A stretch of 63,951 bases of DNA, counting the filler, from Octopus bimaculoides (lineage: Eukaryota): NCBI RefSeq assembly GCF_001194135.2. It is 6 parts of 6 records of this genome, joined end to end, with 100 filler letters (N's around TTAATTAATTAA, not from the genome) between each part and the next. Parts side by side here need not be neighbours in the genome. Positions count along the whole stretch, not along the records: positions 22,092 to 38,749 come from NC_068987.1; 5 more parts are not named here. One strand, written 5' to 3'. The translations under genes and the position numbers were made by a program. Each line of letters begins with the position of its first letter. Positions within the stretch are counted from its first letter, which is position 1. Shown here piece after piece: positions 23,421-35,619 of the stretch. The notes beneath the pieces are model-generated. The model did not search any database. It was not told the DNA's origin and saw only the letters and a program-made list of their open reading frames with translations.

Positions 23421-24389
23421 CCCAACTAATTACAGATAGATGACACTCAGGTGTTAGCTAGAAACAATGAAAATTTTAAAGTAAGATTCTTCCTTTTAAA
23501 ATACTTTTCTTTAATTGTGCAAAAATCGGTTGATTACCTGTGATCAAAAGTACTTTGGTTTTCTGTGCGTTGTTTCTAGAAAGCCAATTAACAGTGCTAT
23601 AATTTCATTTTAAGGTTGTCTCTAGATTTTCTATAGAAATCAGAGCCAGCACTGTAAATTAGAACGTTTCGTAAACAAACACTTCTATGTAAATAATGCG
23701 ATCGAAGATAGAAAAATAGATAATGGGTGTATATGCATATTTCGAGGATTTTTGTCCTCACATCAGCGTCTCATCCAACCTATCAACTATCTACGAACAC
23801 ATTGTTTAAATATTCACGAGGTTTAGTTGTGCAACATAACTGAATAGATCAATTTGCACATCGAACACATTCTTAGTAACTTCAAATGAAGTTTAAGTAT
23901 TGTTATCATACGGCAAAACACAGTATTGACTTAATAAACTAATAATATACTTAATAGTATATTATGGCAAGAAAACGAAATACTGTTACCTTGACTGAAA
24001 TTATATACGTACCAGTTGTCAGGAATATGTTTGATATGCAAATTGGTCTATCTAATTACGTTACATAACTAAACCTAATGGGTAATTAAACAATGCGTTC
24101 GTGGACAGTTGATAGGTTGCATAAGGTGCTGATGAGAGGCCAAGAATCCTCAAAATGTGCATATACACCCATTACCTATTTTTCTGCCTTCGATCGCATT
24201 GTTTACAGAGTCGTTTTTGTTCACGAAACGACATAACGAATCAATTTATGGTGCACATACATACACTCATACACACACACACACACACATACATACACAT
24301 ATATATATACATGCATATAATCTATATGCACACACACACACACACACGCTCACAAATATACATATATAAGGTTGCCACTTTCTTTTCTT

Positions 24390-24960
24390 TTCAATGAAGC
24401 GTTTTCTGAAGTTATGCTTTTCAAGTACGTAGCTCTCCTATCAACCTTGAATACCTGTTTGTTGTCACAATGCAATAACACGTTTCTTCAATTATCTTTT
24501 TAAAACAAGAGTATATATCGATGCTTCAATATCGTTCACACTTGCAGCCTCCACTGTATTATGCCGTGCATATTATGTGATCATATTCAAGATTTGAATC
24601 TGTCAAACCAACAAGGCCCAGAAAAGTAAGTTTCTTTAGTCCCGGCCAGAATCTAATTTTATTTTGATAACTTCTATTATAGAGAAGATCCTTAAAAACT
24701 CCTTTCATTGTGAATAGAGGGATTCGATTTTGGATGCAATCTCCCATTCACAAAGGCAAACGCTCCATGTTTGTGTACCTACAGTTCATGCTGTTTTAGC
24801 TCTTTCCTTATATCCAGCTGTTTTTCTCTTGTTCGCATTGTTGCTTCATTCACAAATCTCGCCTTAATGTTGTTTTGCTTTTACCACATTCATATCTTTT
24901 TATCGCATTCTATTTATCATCAAGAATTATCACTTTGCTCCTCATTTTGACATCAGAACT
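24390..24960 (-). mobile_element. Tigger/pogo transposase, N-terminal remnant (CENP-B-type HTH to start of DDE)
   Basis: MERL..*MGDCIQNRIPL, CWFDRFKS, VEAASV and KQVFKVD appear in the expected order, collinear and on the same strand as 22380-22930. Confidence 0.7.
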
Positions 24961-26038
24961 TTTCTTGTCATCGTCACTCTTTTGTGTATAAATGCGATTT
25001 ATACACAACATTTAAAAATGACACATTTATCAAAATATAATGTGTAGCCAATTTCTTATTTCTAGAAATAAAAATTGCTTGGGAAGATAGCTGACCCATT
25101 TTCAATACGATGTTTAAAAATATTACTGACTTTATAAATTTGAGGAACTCGCCATTGGGACACATGTTATGCATANNNNNNNNNNNNNNNNNNNNNNNNN
25201 NNNNNNNNNNNNNNNNNNNNNNNNNNNNNNNNNNNNNNNNNNNNNNNNNNNNNNNNNNNNNNNNNNNNNNNNNNNNNNNNNNNNNNNNNNNNNNNNNNNN
25301 NNNNNNNNNNNNNNNNNNNNNNNNNNNNNNNNNNNNNNNNNNNNNNNNNNNNNNNNNNNNNNNNNNNNNNNNNNNNNNNNNNNNNNNNNNNNNNNNNNNN
25401 NNNNNNNNNNNNNNNNNNNNNNNNNNNNNNNNNNNNNNNNNNNNNNNNNNNNNNNNNNNNNNNNNNNNNNNNNNNNNNNNNNNNNNNNNNNNNNNNNNNN
25501 NNNNNNNNNNNNNNNNNNNNNNNNNNNNNNNNNNNNNNNNNNNNNNNNNNNNNNNNNNNNNNNNNNNNNNNNNNNNNNNNNNNNNNNNNNNNNNNNNNNN
25601 NNNNNNNNNNNNNNNNNNNNNNNNNNNNNNNNNNNNNNNNNNNNNNNNNNNNNNNNNNNNNNNNNNNNNNNNNNNNNNNNNNNNNNNNNNNNNNNNNNNN
25701 NNNNNNNNNNNNNNNNNNNNNNNNNNNNNNNNNNNNNNNNNNNNNNNNNNNNNNNNNNNNNNNNNNNNNNNNNNNNNNNNNNNNNNNNNNNNNNNNNNNN
25801 NNNNNNNNNNNNNNNNNNNNNNNNNNNNNNNNNNNNNNNNNNNNNNNNNNNNNNNNNNNNNNNNNNNNNNNNNNNNNNNNNNNNNNNNNNNNNNNNNNNN
25901 NNNNNNNNNNNNNNNNNNNNNNNNNNNNNNNNNNNNNNNNNNNNNNNNNNNNNNNNNNNNNNNNNNNNNNNNNNNNNNNNNNNNNNNNNNNNNNNNNNNN
26001 NNNNNNNNNNNNNNNNNNNNNNNNNNNNNNNNNNNNNN

Positions 26039-26111
<73 letters not shown>

Positions 26112-26279
26112 CACTTATATGTATATATAAGTTCATGTATGTATATATATATATATATATGCATAGAGACTTGTACACATACGAAGGTCATGGGAATATC
26201 CCTTTCTCCAAAGAAAGTCGCCACAAAAGCAACATAATCAGAAATGATAACAAAAGCAGTAATGGTTGCGTTAGTAGCA

Positions 26280-26398
26280 GTAGGAATGGTAGCAACACCA
26301 ACAATCATCATCGTCATCATGAAAATCCCCCTTACTACCCCACCACCACCACCACCACCACTGCCACCACCGCCACTACTACTACTACCACCACCACT

Positions 26399-26435
<37 letters not shown>

Positions 26436-26523
26436 CCACCATCGCCAACACAACCACCACAACCAGCACCACCAGCAGCACCACCATCATCGCCATGGCC
26501 ATCATCACCACTACAACCACCAC
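26280..26523. repeat. Compound (CAC/CAT/CTA)n trinucleotide repeat
   Basis: Direct reading; continues into a gap. Confidence 0.95.
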
Positions 26524-27749
26524 NNNNNNNNNNNNNNNNNNNNNNNNNNNNNNNNNNNNNNNNNNNNNNNNNNNNNNNNNNNNNNNNNNNNNNNNNNNNN
26601 NNNNNNNNNNNNNNNNNNNNNNNNNNNNNNNNNNNNNNNNNNNNNNNNNNNNNNNNNNNNNNNNNNNNNNNNNNNNNNNNNNNNNNNNNNNNNNNNNNNN
26701 NNNNNNNNNNNNNNNNNNNNNNNNNNNNNNNNNNNNNNNNNNNNNNNNNNNNNNNNNNNNNNNNNNNNNNNNNNNNNNNNNNNNNNNNNNNNNNNNNNNN
26801 NNNNNNNNNNNNNNNNNNNNNNNNNNNNNNNNNNNNNNNNNNNNNNNNNNNNNNNNNNNNNNNNNNNNNNNNNNNNNNNNNNNNNNNNNNNNNNCCACCA
26901 CCACTATCGTCATCATCATTGTCATCATCTTTCTTACACACGAGCCAACGACAGAGCATGAAAATCTTGTAAACACCACAAAATATAAAAATGATAAAAA
27001 TTGATAAAATAACAGTTTGGAACTGAAAAAAACCCATTATTATCCCACATGGAATTCATGATGCGATAATTCAGGAAACATTGTTGTATAGAATCCCTTC
27101 ATGCATTCTGATGAGGCAACACAAGGGAAATCCCGGAGGCGTTGTTATATCATGACAAAAAAATCATGCATCCAGTGCATACGAACTTAGAAGTTGTAAT
27201 AAACGCAACATTCTAGAATTGTTGGCATTCAAAATACTCCACATACAAAGACACATTAATAGAACAAACACATGTATGGCATGTGTGTGTGTGTGTGTGT
27301 GTGTTAAATTAATACATCCATTTGTTGTTTACACCACCTGTCTTCGTCTGTTGTCTTTTACGTAAATTCTCTCATATATATATATATACCAAAAAGATTT
27401 TATAACATTTTTATAACATTTTTCTGACATAATTTAAATATATACTTTAACCATGTAACACAAGCCTTCTGTAGTTTTTTCNNNNNNNNNNNNNNNNNNN
27501 NNNNNNNNNNNNNNNNNNNNNNNNNNNNNNNNNNNNNNNNNNNNNNNNNNNNNNNNNNNNNNNNNNNATATACATTCGGTACCACGTATATTTATTAAAG
27601 TTGCTTTGACTTTAAGAGTTCCTTACAGCGTAAGGCAATTATGTGTAGTAACAGCCCTTAATATAAAGAATGTACTTATATTTAAAGGGAATAATTAGTG
27701 TGCGCTTGTCGGGATTTTGCTTTTACGTACGATGACTGAACGCATCAGG

Positions 27750-28023
27750 CAGAGACTATAAACTTATGTCTCATCACCAGTAATGATGGTCTTCATGAAG
27801 TTTGAATCGTGGTTTGCACAGTGCAGCATGTTCTGAGTGATTTTCATGCGGCGTTGCTCCGACAACAGTTTAGGGACGAATTTTGCCGACGCTCTACGCA
27901 TGCGCAAATCCTCCGTTCAAATGGAATGCACTGATCCGGAGCTCATTCCCACTTCACGAGCAATTTTCTGGATTGTTACTCGATGGTCTTCCATTACTCT
28001 TCGCCAAACTTACGCAATTGTCT
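27750..28023 (-). mobile_element. Mariner transposase fragment
   Basis: VMEDHRVTIQKIAREVG...RRASAKFVPKLL...KTIITGDET*VY includes the first catalytic D motif. Same family as 21064-21672. Confidence 0.85.
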
Positions 28024-28051
28024 CTGAAGAAGAGTCTAGGCTCGAAATATC
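28024..28051 (+). ncRNA. Minimal hammerhead-ribozyme-like core (Penelope-type remnant)
   Basis: CTGAAGA-A-GAGT ctag GCTC-GAAAT-ATC gives an intact CUGANGA and GAAA, a 4-bp stem II, a palindromic stem III (ATAT) and an AUC triplet. Stem I is poor. Confidence 0.45.
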
Positions 28052-29208
28052 AAATACAGTTCGACTTCTTTTATCTTTCAGTAAGCGTTAAGCATTATAA
28101 TAATACTTTTCTTTCGTTTTGTTATTTTTGTGGTAAATTCTGAACACACATACGTATACACACGCACGCACACATACACACATGTAGATATACACGCACG
28201 CACGCACGGACGCACGCACACATACATACACACACGCACAAACTGTTACAGAGATGGATTAATAAATAATGGGTTGATTTCGTGGGCAATTAGACAGATA
28301 TATAGATAGACAGGTATACTTTTTTATCCGCAACTTGACAGGATGAGTGATTGATAGCGTGATAGAGTGGTAGAAGCACAGCTAAAACGATGCACAAATG
28401 GACATTCTGTCAATTATCATAGTGATGTATAAACTCAGCAAAAGATGTTTAGAATTATTGGTTCAAAGTTTGACAGAGAGCTGGAAGGCTTTGGACACAC
28501 ACATGCACACGCAGTAATATAACAATGTAAATAGAAAGAGATAGATTGATAGATAGATAGATAGATAGATAGATAGAGATAGAGCTAGAGTAAAAGGGAA
28601 AGAGAGAGTGTGAGGGATATTACAATTTATTAATTGAACACGACTGACATAAACACTTTTCCTCTTCTTATAAATATAAAGAAAAATATGCTCACACACA
28701 AATAATGATAGATAGATAAATAGATAGATAGAGAGGGAGAGAGAGTGAGAGAGATGAAGGAGATAACGAGAGGAACATTAAAACGCCTGAGCCAAATAAG
28801 TCAGCGTCGATTCAGCGACGCTAAAACAGCTGCGTCAAAACGTGTCTTATCCTAATACAAGAGCATAATACATTTAGCATCTGTTGTACATTAACATCAA
28901 AATCAACTCTCGATTAGAAATAGCGATTGTATCAATGAATAAAGCTTATACAGTAATTTTGATGGTTCTGGACAGGATCAAAACTAGGGATATTAGCCTT
29001 GTTGTTGTTGCTGTTGTTGAATTCTACGTAAACTGATCGAAGTGGCCTTTGACCAAGAGGTGGCGAGACGGCCGAGTCGTTAGAGTGCAGGGTCGAACTA
29101 TTGGCGGTATTTATTTAAGTGTGTTGCGTTCTGAGTCCCGTCGTAGACAAATTTATCTTTCATGCTACCAGTGTTGATAAATGCAGAATCGATATAAGAC
29201 TATGGATT

Positions 29209-29424
29209 TAGGGGGCAAGCTGGCAGAATCGTTAGCACACCGGGAAAATGCTTATTGGCATTTCGTCCGTCTTTACGTCCTGAGTTCAAATTCCGCCGAG
29301 GTCGACTTTGCTTTTCATCATTTCGGGGTCGATAAAATGAGTACCAGTTGAACACTAGGGTCGATGCAGTTGATTTATTCCCTCACTCAAAATTGCTGGC
29401 CTTGTGCCAAAATTTGAAACCAAT
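29209..29424 (+). mobile_element. SINE family B (B2 tail)
   Basis: Homologous to 8367-8585. Confidence 0.85.
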
Positions 29425-29534
29425 ATTGAGCAAAGGATTGGCTGAACCTTTAGAGTGTCGGGCTGATGTCTTTTGTTCCCCCCTGATCTTTGCATTCTGG
29501 ATTCAAATATCGCCGGAGCCTTCCTGGATTTTAA

Positions 29535-29903
29535 GTTTAATCTCTTTCTCGGTTGAAATCTCATCACTCACACGGAATTTGTTCTTTTGGCCGTCGGAAA
29601 ACATGATCTGCGTATCTCACACTTCTCTCTGCCACAACTCCTTCAGCCTGCACAGTCTGACTCCTCGCAGGACTTTCAGAGATTGTGGATCTATTCCTGT
29701 AGGTAATCTTAAGGTATTCTGTATAAACACCATTGGAGTGATGTTAGAAATCATTTTCCAAGTTTCGCCTGTGTAGACTATCATTAGCAAGACAATGCTC
29801 TGACACAGCAGAATCTTAATAAGGTTGATATTCGAAGTGCTGGTCCAGATCTTGTTCATTGCTCTGAACACTGCCGCTGCACATTTCATTTTACAAAGAA
29901 TAT
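29535..29903 (-). mobile_element. RTE-clade LINE, post-RT ORF segment (inverted portion)
   Basis: AAAVFRAMNKIWTSTSNI..IKI...SIV....YTGETWKM...RVRYADHVFR is the typical RTE C-terminal series. Confidence 0.8.
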
Positions 29904-29904
29904 C

Positions 29905-30072
29905 AAAAACAGCTACACAAGATGTGGCACGCCATCTTCACAAGAAGACGGGTTACGCCATCTTCAAAGAGGATCTGAAGCAGTTCAGCATCGATTAGAA
30001 AGATGAAAGAAACTATAGTCAAGGCCGGGATGATTTACGGCGAATTGTACGGAAGGAAGTGAGACTAAGAAT
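29905..30072 (+). mobile_element. RTE-clade LINE, extreme ORF 3' end (sense portion)
   Basis: KKT.YAIFKEDLKQFSID*KD....QGRDDLRRIV resembles PKKTWRxxFKEDLK...W....AQDRxxWRxxV. Confidence 0.65.
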
Positions 30073-30403
30073 ACTACCTGGTACTTGGTGACTTTAGCGA
30101 AATCCATTCTTTTGTTAGCCTTTGGTTAGATCTCTGGTTTGATACCTTCCTTCTCCCGTCTCACCAGTCTCAAGAATCCTGTAAAATGCCATGAGAAATG
30201 CATTTCCTCGTGGCTAAAGGATTAAAAGCGTCATGGCCATCTTGTCGTTTTTGTACGTCCTCAGTTACATTGTCCAATGTCTTTCTTTTGTATGATTGTA
30301 GGGCGCAATTTCGGGGCAATTTGTTATTTGTAGCCTGACGGACGACTACGAACCAATTTCTCTGAAGTCTGCTCACTTCTGTATCAAACGTCGCAGTTGT
30401 AGG

Positions 30404-30683
30404 CAGTGGCGGACTGGCCAGGTTGCTAGCTTTCCCAATGGCAAGTGGGCCCTTGCGCCTTTAGAATCTCTATATAGGGGCCCATGTTAGTATCTAGGGG
30501 GCCCATCCCTTCAAGTCTGAGAATTTTTTATTCACTACTCCTGGAAGAATGCATTGAGTTTGTAGACAGTTAGAAAAAATATTTGTAACAAAAAAAAAAA
30601 AAAATTAAATGATAGCATTGTAGTTGCGGGTGGGTCCCCTTAGTCACCTGGCAACCAATATTTTTAGACCCAGTCCGCCACTG
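30404..30683. mobile_element. hAT-type MITE
   Basis: Perfect 14-bp TIR CAGTGGCGGACTGG / CCAGTCCGCCACTG; 8-bp TSD GTTGTAGG / GTTGTGGG with one mismatch. Confidence 0.9.
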
Positions 30684-31475
30684 GTTGTGGGCATATGTGG
30701 AGTGAAGTTCCATAAGTGGGTTCAAATCTGTGTTAGTGAAAGGATGTATATACTTTTAGATTATATCTTTTGCAAATTACACAAACCAATTGCATTGCAC
30801 AACGCAATAAATATCTTAATACACACGAAACATCGCATCACACGCCATATTTATCCGTTTCTCTTTGCCAGAACAAAAAAGAGGAAAGAAAAAAGACCTA
30901 TTTTCCCATTTCAGTTTTTGATTCGGTCGACAATCTCTTCTATTATCGGTCCCAATAGTTGTAACTTGTCGACACCGCTATGACATGCGAATGTTATGAG
31001 CAGTAATATATGTTCAACGCTGTCGTAAGTCATAAATTCAAATAATGGTATTTCACTCGTTGTGTGTTGTACACAACAGTATAATGTTCAAAGAAGTTTT
31101 ATAGCTAATCTCTGCCTGTTACAATTTACATGATAATATGTGTTATTGGATTATAGGTAATGCTTAATATACATATATATATATATATATCTATCCGGCA
31201 GTTGACCTTGATGTTTTATTAGTTCGTGACTAATTCAAGGTTAGGTTCTTTTTGATGCTTAACTGAAGGTCATGCCTAGACCAACGAATCTAGAATGAGA
31301 CCTTCTTTCTTTTGTTTCTACACTGTATTATCCAATATTCGCTTCAGGATTGTATATTCTGTATGTTCTAAGCGCCCCCATCAAAGATGGTCAGTTTTCA
31401 CGATAATAATTTTGTCCTAGCATTATAAGTAATGCAACCACATCATAATTTGTTTTAATATTTAATATGAGTAGA

Positions 31476-31653
31476 CATGGCTGGGTGTGTAAGAAGCTCG
31501 CTTTGTAACCACAGCGTTTCGAGATCAGTTTCACTCCATGGCATCTTGAGCAAGTGTTTTTCGTATAACCTCGGGCCAGCCAATGCCTTGTGAGTGAATT
31601 TGGCTGACGGAAACTGCGTAGGAGACCGTCGTATGTATGCATATATGTGTGTA

Positions 31654-31690
<37 letters not shown>

Positions 31691-31890
31691 TGTTGTGTTT
31701 GTGTTTGGCCTCCACTATCGCTTAACAACCATTTAAAATTTATTTATCCTCTACTTACCAGTTTGGCAAAAATAGATAGAATGAGTACCAGACTTTAAAA
31801 AAAGAATTGGAATCGGTCTGTTCGACTACAACCTTCAAGGCGGTACTCCAGCATGGCTGCAGTCCAATGACTGAAACATGTAAAAGATTA
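31476..31890 (+). mobile_element. SINE family A, full length, diverged
   Basis: Head, CORE-like block, (TG)n and tail are all present. Confidence 0.85.
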
Positions 31891-31999
31891 CACCCTTAAA
31901 AATGAATATTAATTCAACTTTAAATCGTATTATGTATACAAATACCTTTAGAGGTCTCCATATTTGACTGATGCCAGGGTAGTTGATTTAGATGAGATT

Positions 32000-32525
32000 A
32001 CGAGTAGGGTGACCACTATTCACCCAGCTATGGGCCGAGAGGAAGCTATCTCTAAAAGGTCGGGCTGAGGTGGCGTACATCGCATCCGTCATCTACTACC
32101 GTCTGACTGTCGTGCCTTGTCCCGACCCGACGAAACCGTTCTGCACGCACGGGCAGTGTCCAACCATTTCAAACCTGTGGGCCAATGTCGAACGGCTGCT
32201 GTCACGTGTGGGACGAATTCGGTTATCGGCCGAGTCTATCGTGAATATTGCTGAATATTGCCCCGCTACCTTCCCTTAACCGGGAAGGCCAGGCAGTTTT
32301 CATTGTACTGGTGGCTATGGTGAAAGAATGTGTGTGGTGGACTCGTGCGAAAGTTTAGAAAGAAACACTTTCCTTACTGGCCAATCGCTCATCAACTTTT
32401 TCAAGTACCACTGGAAAAGGAAGGTAAGAATAGAGAAGCAAGTTTTGTTTCATAATGAAAGATGGGTGAATGGAGCAAAGATGGTACGCTTAAATGACGA
32501 AACCACTTTAAGCATGATCCTGTAA

Positions 32526-32597
<72 letters not shown>

Positions 32598-32772
32598 NNN
32601 NNNNNNNNNNNNNNNNNNNNNNNNNNNNNNNNNNNNNNNNNNNNNNNNNNNNNNNNNNNNNNNNNNNNNNNNNNNNNNNNNNNNNNNNNNNNNNNNNNNN
32701 NNNNNNNNNNNNNNNNNNNNNNNNNNNNNNNNNNNNNNNNNNNNNNNNNNNNNNNNNNNNNNNNNNNNNNNN

Positions 32773-32831
<59 letters not shown>

Positions 32832-33048
32832 CTTTGCTCTCATGTGTTACTTTCCTTGCCTGAGGTTACCGTGGTCTTTTTCGTAGGCTTTTCTTTCCAC
32901 GGATAAACTCTTTTACATTTTAACGCCATTTTGTTCGTGCTGTTACACGTCACAAACGCTTTCGATCCCTTTTGGCCGTTTTATTCTTTGGAAAAGAAAA
33001 GTTCTACTGTATTGTCCCCTTTGTGTTCAACCCTGCGTGGCTAATAAA

Positions 33049-33050
<2 letters not shown>
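32000..33050 (+). mobile_element. L1/Tx1-like LINE, 5'-truncated, internally deleted ORF2 end plus 3' UTR
   Basis: LWAERKLSLKGRAEVAYIASVIYYRLTVVPCP is joined to DETVLHA..QCPTISNLW (zinc-knuckle end), then ECVWWTR...ERWVNGAKMV...MIL* (stop 32523-32525). The UTR is interrupted by (AG)n and a gap and ends at ...GCTAATAAAGA, followed by (TATC)n. Confidence 0.8.
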
Positions 33051-33116
<66 letters not shown>

Positions 33117-33339
33117 GCGAGATGGAGTGTGTTGGCGAGTGAATCTATACCAATCGGTTGGATGGTCTTATTTTGGATTCCATCTATAACATCAACATCA
33201 ACAACAACATCAGTAGCAGTAACAACAGTAACAGTAACAACAACAACAAAAACAACCACAATCATAGCAACAAGAACAACTCTCAAACCTACACGAGTGA
33301 ATAATGATGTCTTACTGAGGTAAACGCCACTGATATATT

Positions 33340-33613
33340 GGAAGAAAGAGAGAGAGAGAGAGAGTGAAAGAGAGAGGGGAAACAGGAAGGGGGAAGAGAC
33401 AGGGAAAGTGAGAGAAAGAAAAAGAGGAAGAGAGGGAGAGAGAGTGAGAGAAGGAGAGAGGAAGAAAAAGAGAGAAATGAAAAGAGAAAGACTGAAAAAG
33501 AGAGAGGGGAAAGAGGAAGAGAAAGTGAGAGAAAAAAGAGGAAGAGAGAGGGAGGGAGAGAGAAAGAAAAAGAGGAAGAGAGGGAGAAAGAGAGAGGGAG
33601 AGAGAGAGATAGA

Positions 33614-33695
<82 letters not shown>
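33340..33695. repeat. Purine-rich compound (GA)n repeat
   Basis: Direct reading. Confidence 0.95.
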
Positions 33696-33698
<3 letters not shown>

Positions 33699-33909
33699 TG
33701 ATTATTCTTTCGTTGGAATGTATTAACAATGTATGAGAAGTGAAACGAGAACATTCGGGAATTGAACGCTAAAAATCGACTTGAAATGTGGAGCGCCTCA
33801 CATCTTGCTTTATAACATTTTCACATACTTGTACACAAACATGCATACACACAAAGATAACACACAGACAAAACACTCACATAAATACACATGCGCACAT
33901 ACAGACGTA

Positions 33910-33942
<33 letters not shown>

Positions 33943-34744
33943 TCTAAGCCATTCTTCTGTGTCAGATAAAGAAGGCAGTTTTGTAGATTCCTCTCCCCTC
34001 CATATCACACAAGCTTATCCAAATTCATGAAGTTTGCTGTAAAATGTTTGCTGATGTTGACCACCAGTTTCTTTGGACTTTGTTTTTATCTCATATCTTA
34101 TACATAAAGATGCTAATGTATGTAAATCTATGCATGTAACCAAAACTCTAAATAAATTTTTTTGATCAAACTAAAGCGATAATATTGGGTAGTCAACAAA
34201 TTCGTTCGTTTTTTTTTCCATTTATTTTAATTCTTATTTTTCATTAACTTTTTTTAAACAAATTCTCGCAAAAATTTTCGAAAAAGAAAACAAAAAAAAA
34301 AAACATCCGTAACTATTTCACTAAGGAGACTGAGAAAAAGAGAGAAAAAAAAAACAAAAACAGGGGATTAAGCAGCTGGCCCGAACCTTGCCCATGATAT
34401 AAAGGAAAGAATGATAGACAAGTAAAGAAACCTGACCGGCCGCTATCAGTCTGTGCCGGTCACCGNNNNNNNNNNCTGAATCGAGTGTCGCTGGCCATTC
34501 TCCAGAGCAATATTTTTGTAATCATGTCAGCGAGGCACAGCTAAGCACTCCGAGGTATGCAACTCGTTACTCCCACTTCTGATTAAGCCTCGTTACTCCC
34601 CCCACCCCTGCTGCTTAATCCACGCCTTTTCGTTTTTCTTTGGTTCTCTGATGAGGTAGCGGTGTTTTTTCTCAACACTTTGATCGTTTATACTTTTAAT
34701 GTTTTTTTTTCTTTTCTTCCCTTAAAAAATATGTTAACAATTTT

Positions 34745-35161
34745 ACTCTTTTACTCTTTTACTTGTTTCAGTCATTTGACTGTGGCCATGCTGAAGCACC
34801 GCCTTTAGTCGAGCATATCGACCGCAAGACTTATTCTTTGTAAGCCTAGTACTTACTCTATCGGTTTCTTTTGCCGAACCGCTAAGTTACGGGGCCGTAA
34901 ACACACCAGCATCGGTTGTCAAGCGATGTTGGGGGGACAAACACTGATACACAAACAGACAGACACACACACACATACATATCTATATACACATATATGA
35001 CGGGCTTCTTTCAGTTTCCGTCTACCAAATCCACTCACAAGGCTTTCGTTGGCCTGAAACTATAGTAGAAGAAACTTGCTCAAGGTGTCACACAATGGGA
35101 CTGAACCCGGAATCATGTGGTCCGTAAGCAAGCTACTTACCACACAGCCACTCCTACGCCT
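34745..35161 (-). mobile_element. SINE family A, full length
   Basis: Closely matches the reverse complement of 1817-2226. Confidence 0.92.
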
Positions 35162-35619
35162 ATAATTTTTTCAACATTATAAAAAAATTAACAAATCAGT
35201 CAATAATATAACCTTCTTCACTGTTCACAACTTCTTGCCCAATGCTCCACTAGCTTATCAATGCCTTGACTCTAGAAACCACAGAGTCTACATTGGAAGA
35301 ATCCATCGAACCATCTTTTCAGTTCCATATCGTTGTTAAACGAAACACTTCACAGAATGATAGAAGGTCGTTGCAGAAAGATGAAAACCCGAAGGTCTAA
35401 TATAACGAGAATACGGTGGGTGCGGTAGACTTTCCCAACCTAGATACTGAATAGCATTTTCGATGAGGAGAATCTCACTGTGTCACCGGTTTGGTCATTT
35501 GCACCTTATCCATCGAGTAAAGGTGACAAGGTATCATGAGAGTATCCTATCGCCGGTTAATTCCCCAATGGATTGGCGTGGATCCTCGTGGATGAGTTGG
35601 TTCAATCGATCTTCATACA

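Noticed and set aside
24974-27037. 687-aa and other long ORFs spanning N runs (also 6454-7509, 14535-15236, 39642-40412, 45326-46548, 55565-56526)
   Set aside because: They are open only because N codons and microsatellites contain no stops.
32531-32828. Idea that the Tx1-like LINE inserted specifically into a (GA)n target
   Set aside because: UTR-like sequence and the conserved 3' terminus continue after the repeat (to 33050), so the (AG)n is more simply an expansion within the 3' UTR.
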